64,000 nucleotides of DNA, from assembly GCF_006345805.1 (NCBI RefSeq), contig NW_021833574.1, positions 6,742 to 70,741 of the forward strand, written 5' to 3'. Below, piece by piece: positions 37,191 to 49,094 of this stretch (positions within the stretch are counted from its first letter, which is position 1; every line of letters begins with the position of its first letter). The notes below the pieces were generated by a model. That model ran no database searches. It was not told the origin of the DNA and saw only the letters and a program-made list of their open reading frames with translations. Origin of the DNA: Octopus sinensis. Its lineage: Eukaryota. The translations under genes were made by a program, and so were the position numbers.

Positions 37191-37253
37191 TAATAACTGA
37201 CGAGATGCCGGAGCAGATTTCCACCCCGACATCCGAAACTCGGAGTTTTATTA
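37191..37253 (+). ncRNA. Hammerhead ribozyme motif (type I topology), probably PLE-derived
   Basis: Stem I TAATAA/TTATTA (6 bp), core CTGACGA, stem II GATG...CATC with extension, GAAA, near-palindromic stem III ACT-CGG-AGT, cleavage triplet GTT (37245-37247). Confidence 0.65.
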
Positions 37254-37351
37254 TGGCAACCGAATAATTGTCCCATATTACTTTACAGATGAATTCCTCT
37301 ATTTACATAATTTCGAAGTCTCATTCATTCTTTTGTTGTCATACGATATAT

Positions 37352-37570
37352 ATACTCTTTACTCTTTTACTTGTTTCAGTCATTTGACTGTGGCCATGCC
37401 GGAGCACCGCCTTTAGTCGAGCAAATCGACCCCGGCACTTATCCTTTGGAAGCCTAGTACTTATTCTATCGGTCTCTTTTGCCGAACCGCTAAGTTACGG
37501 GGACGTAAACACACCAGCATCGGTTATCAAGCGATGTTGGGAGGACAAACGCAGACACACAAACATATAC
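37352..37570 (-). mobile_element. SINE family B, 3' half
   Basis: Reverse complement of the B tail domain. Confidence 0.9.
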
Positions 37571-38039
37571 ATACATATATATATATATATATATATTCAG
37601 TAGCACTTCTTTAAAGTAAAGAGTATTTGCCAAAATAATGTGGCTGCCCTGGAAGGAACGAGTGTTATTGTTGTTTAGCCCCAGGAAATATCATTTCAAG
37701 CTGGCTATGCGACGCAATATCTGTGTCTTTATATTTTCGAACACGGAGTTCAACCTCCAGTCCAGCACAAAGCAAGGATCAATATGTAGGAAGTTAGTGG
37801 GCTTCTAACAACCCGTAGAAGGTATAAAGAAAAAAGACATTCGGGAACAACAGTGGTTAATTGGCGAAGAAGTTTGTGAATTGTTCCCGTATCGAAATAC
37901 GATAAGCTTCAAAAAGTTCACGCCTAACAACAGGGGTTATTGTATATACGAATAAACATTAAAAAATTAGGGAGTGAAGTTTGCACACACACATATATAT
38001 ATGTGCATCCAAAACTGAATATTAAACTTACAAGATACA

Positions 38040-38652
38040 CCGGTCCACAGAGAATTTCAATCCCAGAGCCTAAGTCAGTGAGGGACCTGGGTATCGACAT
38101 GAGTGATGATACCTCTTTCCAAGTGCACATTACCAGGATGGCGACAAAGTGCAGACGACTGGCTGGGTGGATCCTAAGAACATTCAGAACCAGAGTTAAG
38201 GAAACCATGATGGTCCTCTGGCGGACATTCGTCCTCAGCCGCCTGGATTACTGCTCATAGCTATGGTCACCTACCAGTGTGAGATTAACAGCGGACCTTG
38301 AAGCAATCCAGAGAAGATTCACAAAGAAGATCGTCTCTTTGCAACAGCTCAGCTACTGGGAAAGGTTGAAACAGCTAAGACTCTACTCCCTGGAGAGAAG
38401 ACGGGAGAGGTATGCAGTAATATATGTCTGGAAGATTCTGGAAGGAATTGTGCCAAATTTTGGCATTGTAAACTACACCAATGCTAGAACGGGATGACAC
38501 TGCATAGTGCCAAAGATCCCAGCAATGCCATCACGCTTCAGGACCAGCTTCTGCAACAGCCTGGGTTTCAAGGGCCCACAGCTTTTTAATATTCTCCCAA
38601 AGAGTATGAGGAACTTGCACAAAGTAGATGTAGCGGTTTTTAAATCAAAGCT
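38040..38652 (+). mobile_element. CR1/L2-type LINE fragment (RT C-terminal region)
   Basis: One frame: VRDLGIDMS...VLSRLDYCS*LWSP...LEAIQRRFTK...YWERLKQLRLYSLERRRERYAVIYVWKIL...G*HC...FKGPQLFNILP. The two stops (TAG 38258, TGA 38495) fit C>T changes from CAG and CGA. Confidence 0.9.
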
Positions 38653-39199
38653 GGTGGTGGTGGTGGTGGTGGTGGTGTTAGTAGTGACTCACTGATTGTT
38701 AGATTAAACAGGTATAAATGTAGATGAGAGAGACAGAGGGAGAAACACACAGAGAGAGAGAGAGAGTGTGTGTGTCTGTGTGTGAAAGAGGGAGAGAAAC
38801 AGAGAGAATCAACTGACGTCTCTCTTTCAGTGTGTGTGATTGTGTTTTCTTTGCTTTCTGTCCACTTTTACTCCGCCTCTTCTCTCTCTCTGTCGCTCTC
38901 TCTGTCTCTGTCTGTCTGTCTCTCTCTCTCTCTGTCTCTCTGTCTCTCTCTGTTACGTACTCTGTAACGCTTCTCTTACCATCACTCTCACTCTCATTCC
39001 TTCTCTTACTCTCCCTTCATTCTCTCCCTTTCTCCTGTTACATATGATCTCTATATAAGAGTGCTGCGCGCATGCATGCGGGCGCCCGTGTGTTCCTTGC
39101 ATGTGGTGCATGCGCACGCGCCCGTGTGTGTGTGTGTCTGTGTGTGTGTGTGTGTGTGTGTCTGTGTGTGTGTGTGTGTGTCTGTGTGTGTAGTTTCTT

Positions 39200-39423
39200 T
39201 CCTTTTTACATTTCATTGTGTTTGTGTTGCATCTCTCCCCCTTATCATTTCCTCCTTCCCTTCCACTCTTTCTCTCTCTCTCTGCTGTTCTTGTCTCTCC
39301 CTCTCTTTTCATCCCTGTCATACTCTCTCTACCTCTATCTCTCTTTTGTACTTCTCTCTTCCTTACTCTCTGTTTGCCGAACTACACTTCTCTCTTTCTC
39401 TCTCTCTCTTTTCCTCTCCCTTT

Positions 39424-39462
<39 letters not shown>

Positions 39463-39760
39463 CCTGCTGCACTTCTCCCTCCCTCTCTTTTCCTTCCTCT
39501 CTCTCTCTCTGCTGTACTTCTCTCTCCCTCTCTTTTCCTTCCTCTCTCTCTGCTGTACTTCTCTCTCCCTTTCTTTTCCTTCCTCTCTCTCTCCCTCTCT
39601 TTTCCTTCCTCTCTCTCCCTCTCTTTTCCTTCCTCTCTCTCCCTCTCTTTTCCTTCCTCTCTCTCCCTCTCTCTCTCTCTGTTGCACTTCTCTCTGCCTC
39701 TCTTTTCCTTTCTCTCTCTGTATCTATCTATCTTTTGTACTTCTCTCTCCCTTTCTTCCT
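39200..39760. repeat. Homopyrimidine (CT-rich) tract with 22-24-bp sub-repeats (CTCTCTTTTCCTTCCTCTCTCTC)
   Basis: Seen directly. Confidence 0.85.
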
Positions 39761-40029
39761 GTTTACCGTACATATCATTGTAGTTTGTATGTGCGTGTAT
39801 GTATGCGTGTGTGTGTGTCTGTGCATATGTATGTGTGTGTGTATGCATACTTCTCTCCGCTCTCCATTGAACTGACCCATTCTCTACCTCCAAATACTCG
39901 ATATACGTGAGTACAACATTCATGTATGCAAGCATGTATGTGTGTGTATATCCGTGTGTTTCCCTATATATTTGTTTGGCCGTCTGTTTCTGACGACTTG
40001 TCATTGTATACACATCTATACGTGTGTAG

Positions 40030-40416
40030 TGGAGGCGCAATGGCCCAGTGGTTAGGGCAGCGGACTCGCGGTCGTAGGATCGCGGTTTCGATTCCCAGAC
40101 CGGGCGTTGTGAGTGTTTATTGAGCGAAAACACCTAAAAGCTCCACGAGGCTCCGGCAGGGGATGGTGGTGATCCCTGCTGTACTCTTTCACCACAACTT
40201 TCTCTCACTCTTACTTCCTGTTTCTGTTGTACCTGTATTTCAAAGGGGCCGGCCTTGTCACTCTCTGTGTCACGCTGAATATCCCCGAGAACTACGTTTA
40301 AGGGTACACGTGTCTCTGGAGTGCTCAGCCACTTACACGTTACTTTCACGAGCAGGCTGTTCTGTTGATTCGGATCAACCGGAACCCTCGTCGTCGTAAC
40401 CGTCGGAGTGCTTCCA
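40030..40416 (+). mobile_element. SINE family C, full-length and young
   Basis: tRNA-like head TGGCCCAGTGGTTAGG (box A) ... GGTTTCGATTCCC (box B); 3' domain shared with the other C copies. Confidence 0.95.
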
Positions 40417-42424
40417 CCATACGTGTGTATATGTGTGTGCTTGTGTATGTGTTTGTATGTGTGTCAGTGTATTTAAGACCCGCTAGATTTGTTTGTGTGT
40501 TTGTTTGCTGGTTTAATCTCTGTATGGCAGAATTTGGAGCATATGGAGAAGTCGTTGCAAGTGAGAGGTGTAAACAACCACAGCCAACCGCAAAGAGTCG
40601 TGGATGGGAATATCGGAAGAAAGCGACTAACATTCCTTCTTGTTTATAGACAGCAAACTTGGTACACACAAACCTTCACAGCCATACATAATTACACAGG
40701 CACTCACATACACATACACATACACACGAACGTGTCATGCACACGCACACATACACAGACAGACAGACATACACCTATATATTTATATATTTCAATCAAG
40801 ATCAGACAGTAATAAAAAAAAGAAAGAAAACACTAGACAAACACGAGCATATATAGATATGTGTATCATACACACACATATATATTACATTATAAATATA
40901 TACACACACCTATACACACATACACGCACGCATAAACACGTATATACAGAAGTATAATTATGCGGTTTATATGTTTCTAGTTACCGTGCACACACACACA
41001 CACACACACACATAGCCGCGGGGGCAAACATGTGATGTTGCTAGTTGTGGTAGTGGCTATGGTGTGGGCGGTGGTAGTAGAAGCCAGGGAAGTGCTACTC
41101 TAGTGTTTACAGTTTCATTCTGACTGCGGACAAAAAAAAAACATGAAATAAAACAGCAACAACAAAAAAAATATATTAATGAACAAAAACTAGTCGTTTC
41201 AACCACATTGACAAACATGGACCGGTGACGACTAATTACTTCTCATTAAGGTTATGTATGTGCGTAAATGTATCATGCGTATACATATGTGTATATAAAC
41301 GCACATTTTTATATGTACATTTATGTGTGTGTATGTGTATGTGCATACATTCATATACGATCATTTATACCTACATATTTGTATATATATATACATATAT
41401 ATAAATGTATGTATATATATAAGCATACACAAACACACAAACACGCGCACACAGATTCATATATACATACGCATATGTTTGTATAATGATGTGTCTTAAA
41501 AAGCACAAATAACGGAAATACGAAATTGATATATTGGTTTCTTGCTGTAATGAAGACAAATCTAAGAACGTTCTTATATTTCGGGCTGTTTGCTCTTCAT
41601 CGGAGCAAAATGAGAGCAAACAGAGAAAAGGGGGGGGGGCGGAGAAAAAGTAGAAATGGAGAACGAAAAACATTCCGTATAAGCCCATGTGCTTCTTCTT
41701 GCGAATTTTACACTTTCTCCGTTCCTTCCATTTTTAGTGCGGTTGTCCGTCCTATCCTCTTTTCTTGCTGGTTACATATCAGGTAGGCTATTAGGTTACC
41801 TGTGATGACACTAACGACACCAAGGCTCGTTTGTGTTTCCTAATATATCTTATTTACCATTGAACTGTATTTATATATGAGCCACCAATAATTTAATATT
41901 GTGATAATGATACAGAGCATATAAATCAATGCATATAATGGATACTAGCTGTCTGACCCTTACTAGTTAAGGACGGTGAAAAGGAAAAGACGATAAGTGA
42001 ATTAAGAGACTACCAGAAGAGAAGAACTATCTACTACTGCAAATATTGAAATAGTTTCTGTCTGTCCAGAAGGTTCTAGAATTCATTTGGAAGGAGGACT
42101 CCTATACTTTCCTACGTAGTTAGCACATTAACATTAAATAATTGAACCAGTGCTGATTTGTCTCAAACCACACTTTTATTTATTTTTTGTTTCCTCCTGA
42201 TATAAACTAAAAAAAAACAATGTCTGGAAGACGCACAACGTAACAGCACACCTTTGATGCAAGTCTGATGAAGTGCCTCTGTCTAAAACCGCAAACGTTA
42301 TGTACGTTTTCACTTCGAATTTTTGCATACACTGGCGCTGCAAGCAGAGTTGGTAAGGAAACAATTGTAATGAATCTTTAAAGACGTATTAACAAATAAC
42401 TGTGTCTTCTTATTTCGATTATAT

Positions 42425-42770
42425 AAGGCGGCGAGCTGGCAGTAACGTTAGCACGCCGGCCGAAATTCTTAGCAGCATTTCGTCTGCCGCTACATTCTGA
42501 GTTCAAATTCCGCCGAGGTTGACTTTGCTTTTCATCCTTTCGGGGTCGACAAATTAAGTACCAGTTACACACTGGTGTCGATATAATCAACTTAATCCGT
42601 TTGTCTATCCTTGTGTGTCCTCTCTGTGTTTAGCCCCTTGTGGGTAGTAAAGAAATAGGTATTTCGTCTGCCATTAGGTTCTGAGTTCAAATTCCGCCGA
42701 GGTCGACTTTACCTTTCACCATTTCGGGGTCGATTAAATAAGTACCAGTTACACACTGGGGTCGATGTAT
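42425..42770 (+). mobile_element. SINE family A, dimeric copy
   Basis: Same GGGTAGTAAAGAAATAGGTATTTCGTCTG junction as 1729-2118. Confidence 0.9.
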
Positions 42771-43036
42771 CTTCATATATATGTATATATATGTGTCTTC
42801 ATATATATTGGAAGCCATTGCAGCTCAGTAGTCATAGGTCCTCCAACAGTTTCGATGATGAGCAACATGTATGCGGCTGAATATTCTACAGACACCTGCA
42901 TCTTTAACATAATATAATTCTAATTTAATTATTGGTCCGAATCATCATGACACCGTGCGTGACAAGACTAGATATTCGGATTACAGGTAAGTCCCAAAGA
43001 GAGAGAGAGAGAGAGAGAAGAGAGAGAGATAGAGAT

Positions 43037-43073
<37 letters not shown>

Positions 43074-43074
43074 T

Positions 43075-43185
43075 GAAAGGCAAAACTGACTTCGGCGGAA
43101 TTTGAACTCAGAGCGCAGGGAAGCGGAACGAATACCGAAAGGAATTTGATCTTACGCTCTAAAGATTTCGCCAGCTCACCGCCTT
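43075..43185 (-). mobile_element. SINE family A, 5' half
   Basis: GATGAAAGGCAAAACTGACTTCGGCGGAATTTGAACTCAG...GCCAGCTCACCGCCTT. Confidence 0.8.
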
Positions 43186-43651
43186 TGATGTTCAATAAGG
43201 ACAAGGTTAAAAATTAGACGGAGGTATGATTTTTTTTCCTGAATCTTCTGCTATAAGTTCATTCAAATGAAAGATTATGCTTGGAAGGAATATATAAAAA
43301 TTTCCCCAATATTTTACTGGTATTTCATTTTATCGATGCACAAAGGATGAAACACAAAGTTAGTTTTTTAATCTATTATATGTTCATTCATATGTAAGCT
43401 ATGCTTTACTGGAATATATCAAACCATCCTCAGTATTTTTCTGGTACTTAATTTTACTGAGCCAAGAAGAATGACAAAAGCAAGTGTCTTAGATTTCCGT
43501 TATAATTTCATTGACATCAAAGTTATGCTTTCCAAGAGTATTAAATATCCTCCAGGAATTCACTGGCATTTAATTCTATCGACGTACAAATGATGAAAGG
43601 CAGAATTAGCATCGGGTATCTATTATAATTTCTATTAAAATCTTAAAGAAC

Positions 43652-44051
43652 ATTCTTTTCTACTCTAGGCACAAGGGCCGAAATTTTTGGCGAGGGAGCC
43701 AGTCGATTAGATCGACCCCAGTACGCAACTGGTACTTAATTTATCGACCCCGAAGGGATGAATGGCAAAGTCGACCTCGACGGAATTTGAACTCAGAACA
43801 TAAAGACAGATGAAATACCTATTTCTTTACTACCCACAAGGTGAAAAACACAGAAGGGACAAACAACGACAGACAAACAGATTAAGTCGATTACATCGAC
43901 CCCAGTGCGTAACTGGTACTTAATTTATCGATCCAAAAGGATGAAAGGCAAAGTCGACCTCGGCGGAATTTGAACTCAGAACGTAAAGAAAGACGAAACA
44001 TCGCTAAGCATTTCGCCTGGCGTGCTAACGTTTCTGCCAGCTCGCCGCCTT
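43652..44051 (-). mobile_element. SINE family A, dimeric copy (tail 1 unit plus tail 2 unit)
   Basis: Junction AAATACCTATTTCTTTACTACCC at ~43812. Confidence 0.9.
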
Positions 44052-44185
44052 CGTCTTAAAGAATATTAAACCGTTCCCAAGTATTTCATTGCTATTCAAT
44101 TTCATCGATCCATGACAGATTAAAGGATTCCATTCACACTTATTTTATGCTTTTTAAGATTAAATTATCCTCAATAAACCCCAAT

Positions 44186-44606
44186 AGGCGCAGGAGTGGC
44201 TGTGTGGTAAGTAGCTTGCTTATCAACCACATGGTTCCGGGTTCAGTCCCACTGCGTGTCATCTTGGGCAAGTGTCCTCTACTATAGCCTCGGGCCGACC
44301 AAAGCCTTGTGAGTGGATTTGGTAGACGGAAACTGAAAGAAGCCCGTCGTATATATGTATGTATACATATATGTGTGTGTGTGTATGTTTGTGTGTCTGT
44401 GTTTGTCCCCCTAGCATTGGTTGACAACCGATGCTGGTGTGTTTACGTCCCCGTCACTTAGCGGTTCGGCAAAACAGACCGATAGAATAAGTACTGGGCT
44501 TACAAAGAATAAGTCCTGGGGTCGATTTGCTCGACTAAAGGCGGTGCTCCAGCATGGCCGCAGTCAAATGACTGAAACAAGTAAAAGAGAGAGAGAGTAA
44601 AAGAGT
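44186..44606 (+). mobile_element. SINE family B, full-length and young
   Basis: AGGCGCAGGAGTGGCTGTGTGGTAAG head through the GTAAAAGAG tail. Confidence 0.95.
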
Positions 44607-44773
44607 AATATTTTATTGGTATCTATTTTTATCGGCTCACGAAGTATGAAAGGTAAAAGATACTTGTAGTCTTCTATCATAATCTTATTCTTATAAAATA
44701 CTAGGTCGACCCATCAACGCAAGAAGGATGAAAAAGTAAGTTAATTTTAGTCTTCTATCCTTATATGAATTAA

Positions 44774-45128
44774 CTCATTGCCTGCCATGGGCCCCGTTTA
44801 GGGATCTGCTAAAAACAGACTCACTGCTGGTTGTTCGTTGTATATAAAGTGAATTTCTTATTTACATTGCATTTGCAGAGATGTGTTTAACAATATTTAG
44901 TAATTAAAGTTTGTCATTATTAGCTCTGGCTAATTCCAGGGGACATATTACGCCATAAATCGCAATCTTTCAACTAGAAAAATATTGACTGTTTTGAAAA
45001 CGTTTTTTTCTTTTTTGCATTTCCCATTTATATCATTCATTGATGTTTCATACACATTAAGACACCTGGAAAACCAAAAAAAAAAAAAAACCAACAAAAT
45101 ATGAATAAGAAAATTGGCAGTTAATGGG
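44774..45128. mobile_element. piggyBac-like MITE
   Basis: TTAA on both flanks (44770-44773, 45129-45132). TIRs CTCATTGCCTGCCA and reverse complement CCCATTAACTGCCA match at 11 of 14 positions. Confidence 0.6.
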
Positions 45129-46016
45129 TTAAAATCGAGACCAATTTTCATTAACATTTAAATCTTATCGATGCACGAAGGATGAAAAAGCAAATAGTAT
45201 TAAACTTCTGATATATTTCTATTCACATCTAGCTTATTCTAGTCACCCCCAGCATTATACTGGTATTTAATTTTATCCATCGACGAAGGATGAAAGGCTA
45301 AAGGATTTTTTAAACTTTTAGTCTTCTACCATAATTAATTCTATTCAAATGTAGATCAAGATGTATTAGAATATTGAATCCCCCCTCCTCACCCCCGCTG
45401 CATTTAACCGGTATATATGTTATCGACTCCGGTCGAACAAAAAGGTGCAGCTACAATTGAGAGGATTTGAACTGAAGAAGAAAAGGGTGCAACTAAATAA
45501 CACAAGGTATTTTCTCTTTGTCGGTTGCTCGACCGATTCTGCTAAGCAAAGGAATCACATAAAATCTATTATATTATAAATATTTTGAAACTGACAGTCA
45601 TATCGAATGAATTTACTTGATTGCCAAGTCTTGGTGGATTTCGAGCTGAGAAAAGTTATAGGGTGTAGTTAAATACCACCAGGTATTTTGCCCGGTACTC
45701 TAATAATAATGCCATCACGTGTGTTTTGAGCGTATGTAAGTGTGTCTATGTGTGTGGTGTGTGTGTGTGTGCGTGTGTACAGGCGTCACTTTCGGGTGCA
45801 GTCTACCTGGTTGCTTACACTTTTGCGCTCATTCTAAAATTAACCCAAAGCTCTAACCGTTAACCCTAAAATCTAAGTCTAAACCGTTAACCCTAAAATC
45901 TAATCTAACTCAGATCAGGACATTTCATTGCGTAGACTACGGACACTGCGGTAGACGACACGTTGAAGTAGCACTCACACACACACACACACACACAAAA
46001 TACACACACACACAAA

Positions 46017-46048
<32 letters not shown>

Positions 46049-46124
46049 TCATACACGAAGCGTGGTGAACGTCACTTCGATGAGTGTCCGAATGAAAGCT
46101 AGCAGACCGAAACTTCGAACTTAG

Positions 46125-46196
46125 TTGATTGAAATTCGTGGGTACTCTTGTCTTTCAAGTGCTTGAAACTCAAGAGTACCCACGAATTTCAATCAA
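46125..46196. repeat. 72-nt hairpin: perfect 26-bp stem, 2x2 internal loop, then 6-7 bp inner stem
   Basis: TTGATTGAAATTCGTGGGTACTCTTG / CAAGAGTACCCACGAATTTCAATCAA; inner TTTCAAG-TG-CTTGAAA. Confidence 0.95.
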
Positions 46197-46205
46197 ACTG
46201 TTTTG

Positions 46206-46246
<41 letters not shown>

Positions 46247-46419
46247 CAGTGATGATGGCTTCATCTTGACAGATAATAGCCATCTTAATTAATCTCCATT
46301 GCGTCTATATTCTCTGAAATGGCTCTTAAGACCAGCAGTTGACCTGTAAGGCTTCAATCATATGCAAGAGATAAGACTCAAATATATATACGACACGCAT
46401 ATAGTTACATCTTCATATA

Positions 46420-46830
46420 TACATATCGTCGCTATTATGCAAAAGTATCGTAAGTCCAAAACGTTGCTTTTCCAGAAAACGAAAGAATAGTTTCACTATT
46501 CCATTTCTTTTTACATTAGCAACGGTTTCAGCTTAACAATAAATACTTTGTTGGCTGCATAAAATCGTGACTCCATGCCTCTATGATATTTTCATTCAGA
46601 AATAGTTTTGCAAAACTGTCGTATGTGGGACTTACTACACTTTTGAGAAATGCTAAACCGTTTCATATCATAAATTTTCATACCTTGGCTTCTGAAGCAG
46701 CTGGAGATACGATAGTTTGACAAAAAGAACCAGCTATTGCAAGCAAAATTAAATATCGAAAAGAAACGCACTTGGCCAGATTTCGACATTCGATAGTTTA
46801 AACATAACAGCAACGATATAAATACACATC
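46420..46830 (-). repeat. Dispersed repeat; inverted, diverged partner at 49095-49325
   Basis: For example CTGGAGATACGATAGTTTGACAAAAAGAACCAGCTATTGCAAG versus the reverse complement at ~49170-49210. Confidence 0.75.
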
Positions 46831-47477
46831 CATATACACATGCGTATATATATGTAAATACAAATTCCTGCAGATATATGCATACACACACACACCTAGA
46901 AATATAGATGCACACAATAAAATATATACATATGCACACAGACTAAAACACACACACGCGCACATATACATACGCACAATGCACTGTATAACAATAAAGC
47001 GGCCGGAAGTGCCGGCGGTCATCATAATTCTCAGTAACTGCTCTGACTGTGACGTAACATCCTTAGCTAAAACAATTAATTCCCTTTTCACAACATCCCA
47101 GTTCACTTAGCTGGAGGTAAGGTACTACAGGGTGGTCTAGTTAGTTAACTAATTACTTAATTATTTTTAATTAGCTGCTTAATTGGGCGGTCGGTCGGCT
47201 GGTTAGTTGGTTGGTCGGTTGATCTGTTGCTTGCTTCCTTGCTGTGCGCATTGAAAGCGTTGAAATAATATAGCTGTGAGGGCTTCATTTCCGCTCGTTG
47301 AGAGGAAGCTGCACGTGGACTTCCTTTCGATCCGCTAGAAATGAGAGTTAAATCTTTCGCATGCCACATTCCGCTGACTTTGAGAAAGACCAAAACAGGT
47401 ATATATCGAGCTGTTTAATTTACATCATTTTTATCCTTTCTTGGTCGATAAAAAGACTGAAAAAATTATAGAGGTAC

Positions 47478-47746
47478 AGGTGTAGGCGTGTGACAAGAAG
47501 TTTGCTTCCCAACCACATGGTTCCAGGTTCAGTCCCACTGCGTGGAACCTTGGGCAAGTGTCTTCTATTATAGCCTCGGGCTGACCAAAGCCTTGTGAGT
47601 GGATTTGGTAGACGGAAACTGAAGGAAGCACCTCATGTGTGTATGTGTGTGCGCGCGTGTGTAGATAGATAGATGGATAGATAGATGGATAGATAGATAG
47701 ATAGATAGATAGATAAATAGATAGACAGATAGATAGATAGATAGAT

Positions 47747-47779
<33 letters not shown>

Positions 47780-47995
47780 CAGACAGATGTGCGTGTGTTT
47801 TTGGTTAGAGTTTGTTCCCCCATCACCGTTTGACAACCGCTGTTGGTATGTTTACGTCCCTGTAACGTAGCAGTTCGGCAAAAGGGATCGATAGAATAAG
47901 TAAGTGGCTTTAAAAGAAAATAAATACCGGAGTCGATTCGTTCGATTAAAATTCCTCAAGGCGGTGCCCCAGCGTGGTCGCAGTCAATTAAACAG
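47478..47995 (+). mobile_element. SINE family B with internal (GATA)n expansion
   Basis: Head, core, about 170 bp of microsatellite, tail. Confidence 0.85.
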
Positions 47996-48014
47996 ACTAA
48001 AAATATATATGTAC

Positions 48015-48054
<40 letters not shown>

Positions 48055-48534
48055 CATATATATAGATATATGTTTGTCCGGGTATTCGCCTGTATTCGTA
48101 CTGGGTGGAGGGCATTAATACACTCTAGCGCGCATGTACATACACAAATGGGATGGCCTCGACTGGAATGCTTTTGATCACTTATCAACTGGAGCGGAAC
48201 CGATGTTCGACCTAAATATGAGGCAGCAACGGTGAGTTTCCATGCTCGGTTGAGTTCCTAAAAACAGTAGTCAAATCTCCCTCAAATCGCTTCCTAAGTC
48301 AATCAATATTAGATCATGTTCCCTTAGATACACCGTATTGCTTCCATTATAATTCCCTTTACATCTCAGCTACATTGAAGAATTATTAAACTACCCGTTT
48401 ATGTACGTTTGTGTGTATATGTATGTATGTGTATGTGTGTATGTATGTATTTTATATATATACACACACATACATTTATATGTCTGTCTGCCTATCTATA
48501 AATACCTATTCATCTGTCCCCATATATATACGTG

Positions 48535-48640
48535 ACAGGCCCGAGGCTATAGTAGAAGACATTTCCCAAGGTGCCATGCAGTAAGACTGAACCTGGAACC
48601 ATATGGTTGGTAAGCATAGCCACTCCTGCGCCTGGCAAGC
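48535..48640 (-). mobile_element. SINE family B head fragment
   Basis: GGCCCGAGGCTATAGTAGAAGAC...GCCACTCCTGCGCC. Confidence 0.8.
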
Positions 48641-49094
48641 TACTAGCCACACAGCCATATATATATATATGTGTGTGTGGTGTGTGTGTGTGTGTGTGTG
48701 GTGGGATGCGTGTGTACGCATGTGTGCATCTATGTATGTTAGCATACAAGGCCACTTAGTATAAATAACGCAAAGCCTTGTGTTGCATCATCGAACGAAA
48801 CAAGAGGTGGACTGTAGCATTCGTTATTTTGAATACAACCTCAAGAGACACAGTATTAACAGAGAACCGGTTTAATCGTCTTTTAATAGGCCTTAATCAT
48901 GAACACGGGAGACAAGCCTCAAAGAAACACTAGCATATATCGGGAATGAATACACCAGAGTGTATCACAGTTTCCATCTCACAGGTATTACCCATAAGGT
49001 ATTGGTCAAACGGGGCAATTGTAGGACGTTCTGCACAAATGAACCCGCAACAGTCTACAAGATTGGCGAATGCTTTAACCATACAGCTATACTT

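Larger units (their letters stand above)
43250..45720 (-). repeat. Old degenerate tandem array of a SINE-A core segment plus AT-rich spacer, interrupted by younger elements
   Basis: Recurrent ACTGGTA..TAATTTTATCGA...AAGGATGAAA cores, with spacer TAGTCTTCTA(T/C)C at ~44678, ~44749 and ~45320. Confidence 0.55.

Noticed and set aside
39061-39910. Three overlapping 230-267-aa ORFs
   Set aside because: Products of TG and CT simple repeats, which lack stop codons.
45855-45903. Interstitial telomere
   Set aside because: Only isolated TAACCCTAA motifs, with no tandem (TTAGGG)n run.
46075-46120. Functional hammerhead upstream of the 72-nt hairpin
   Set aside because: The core reads TCGATGA rather than CTGANGA and stems I and III do not pair convincingly.
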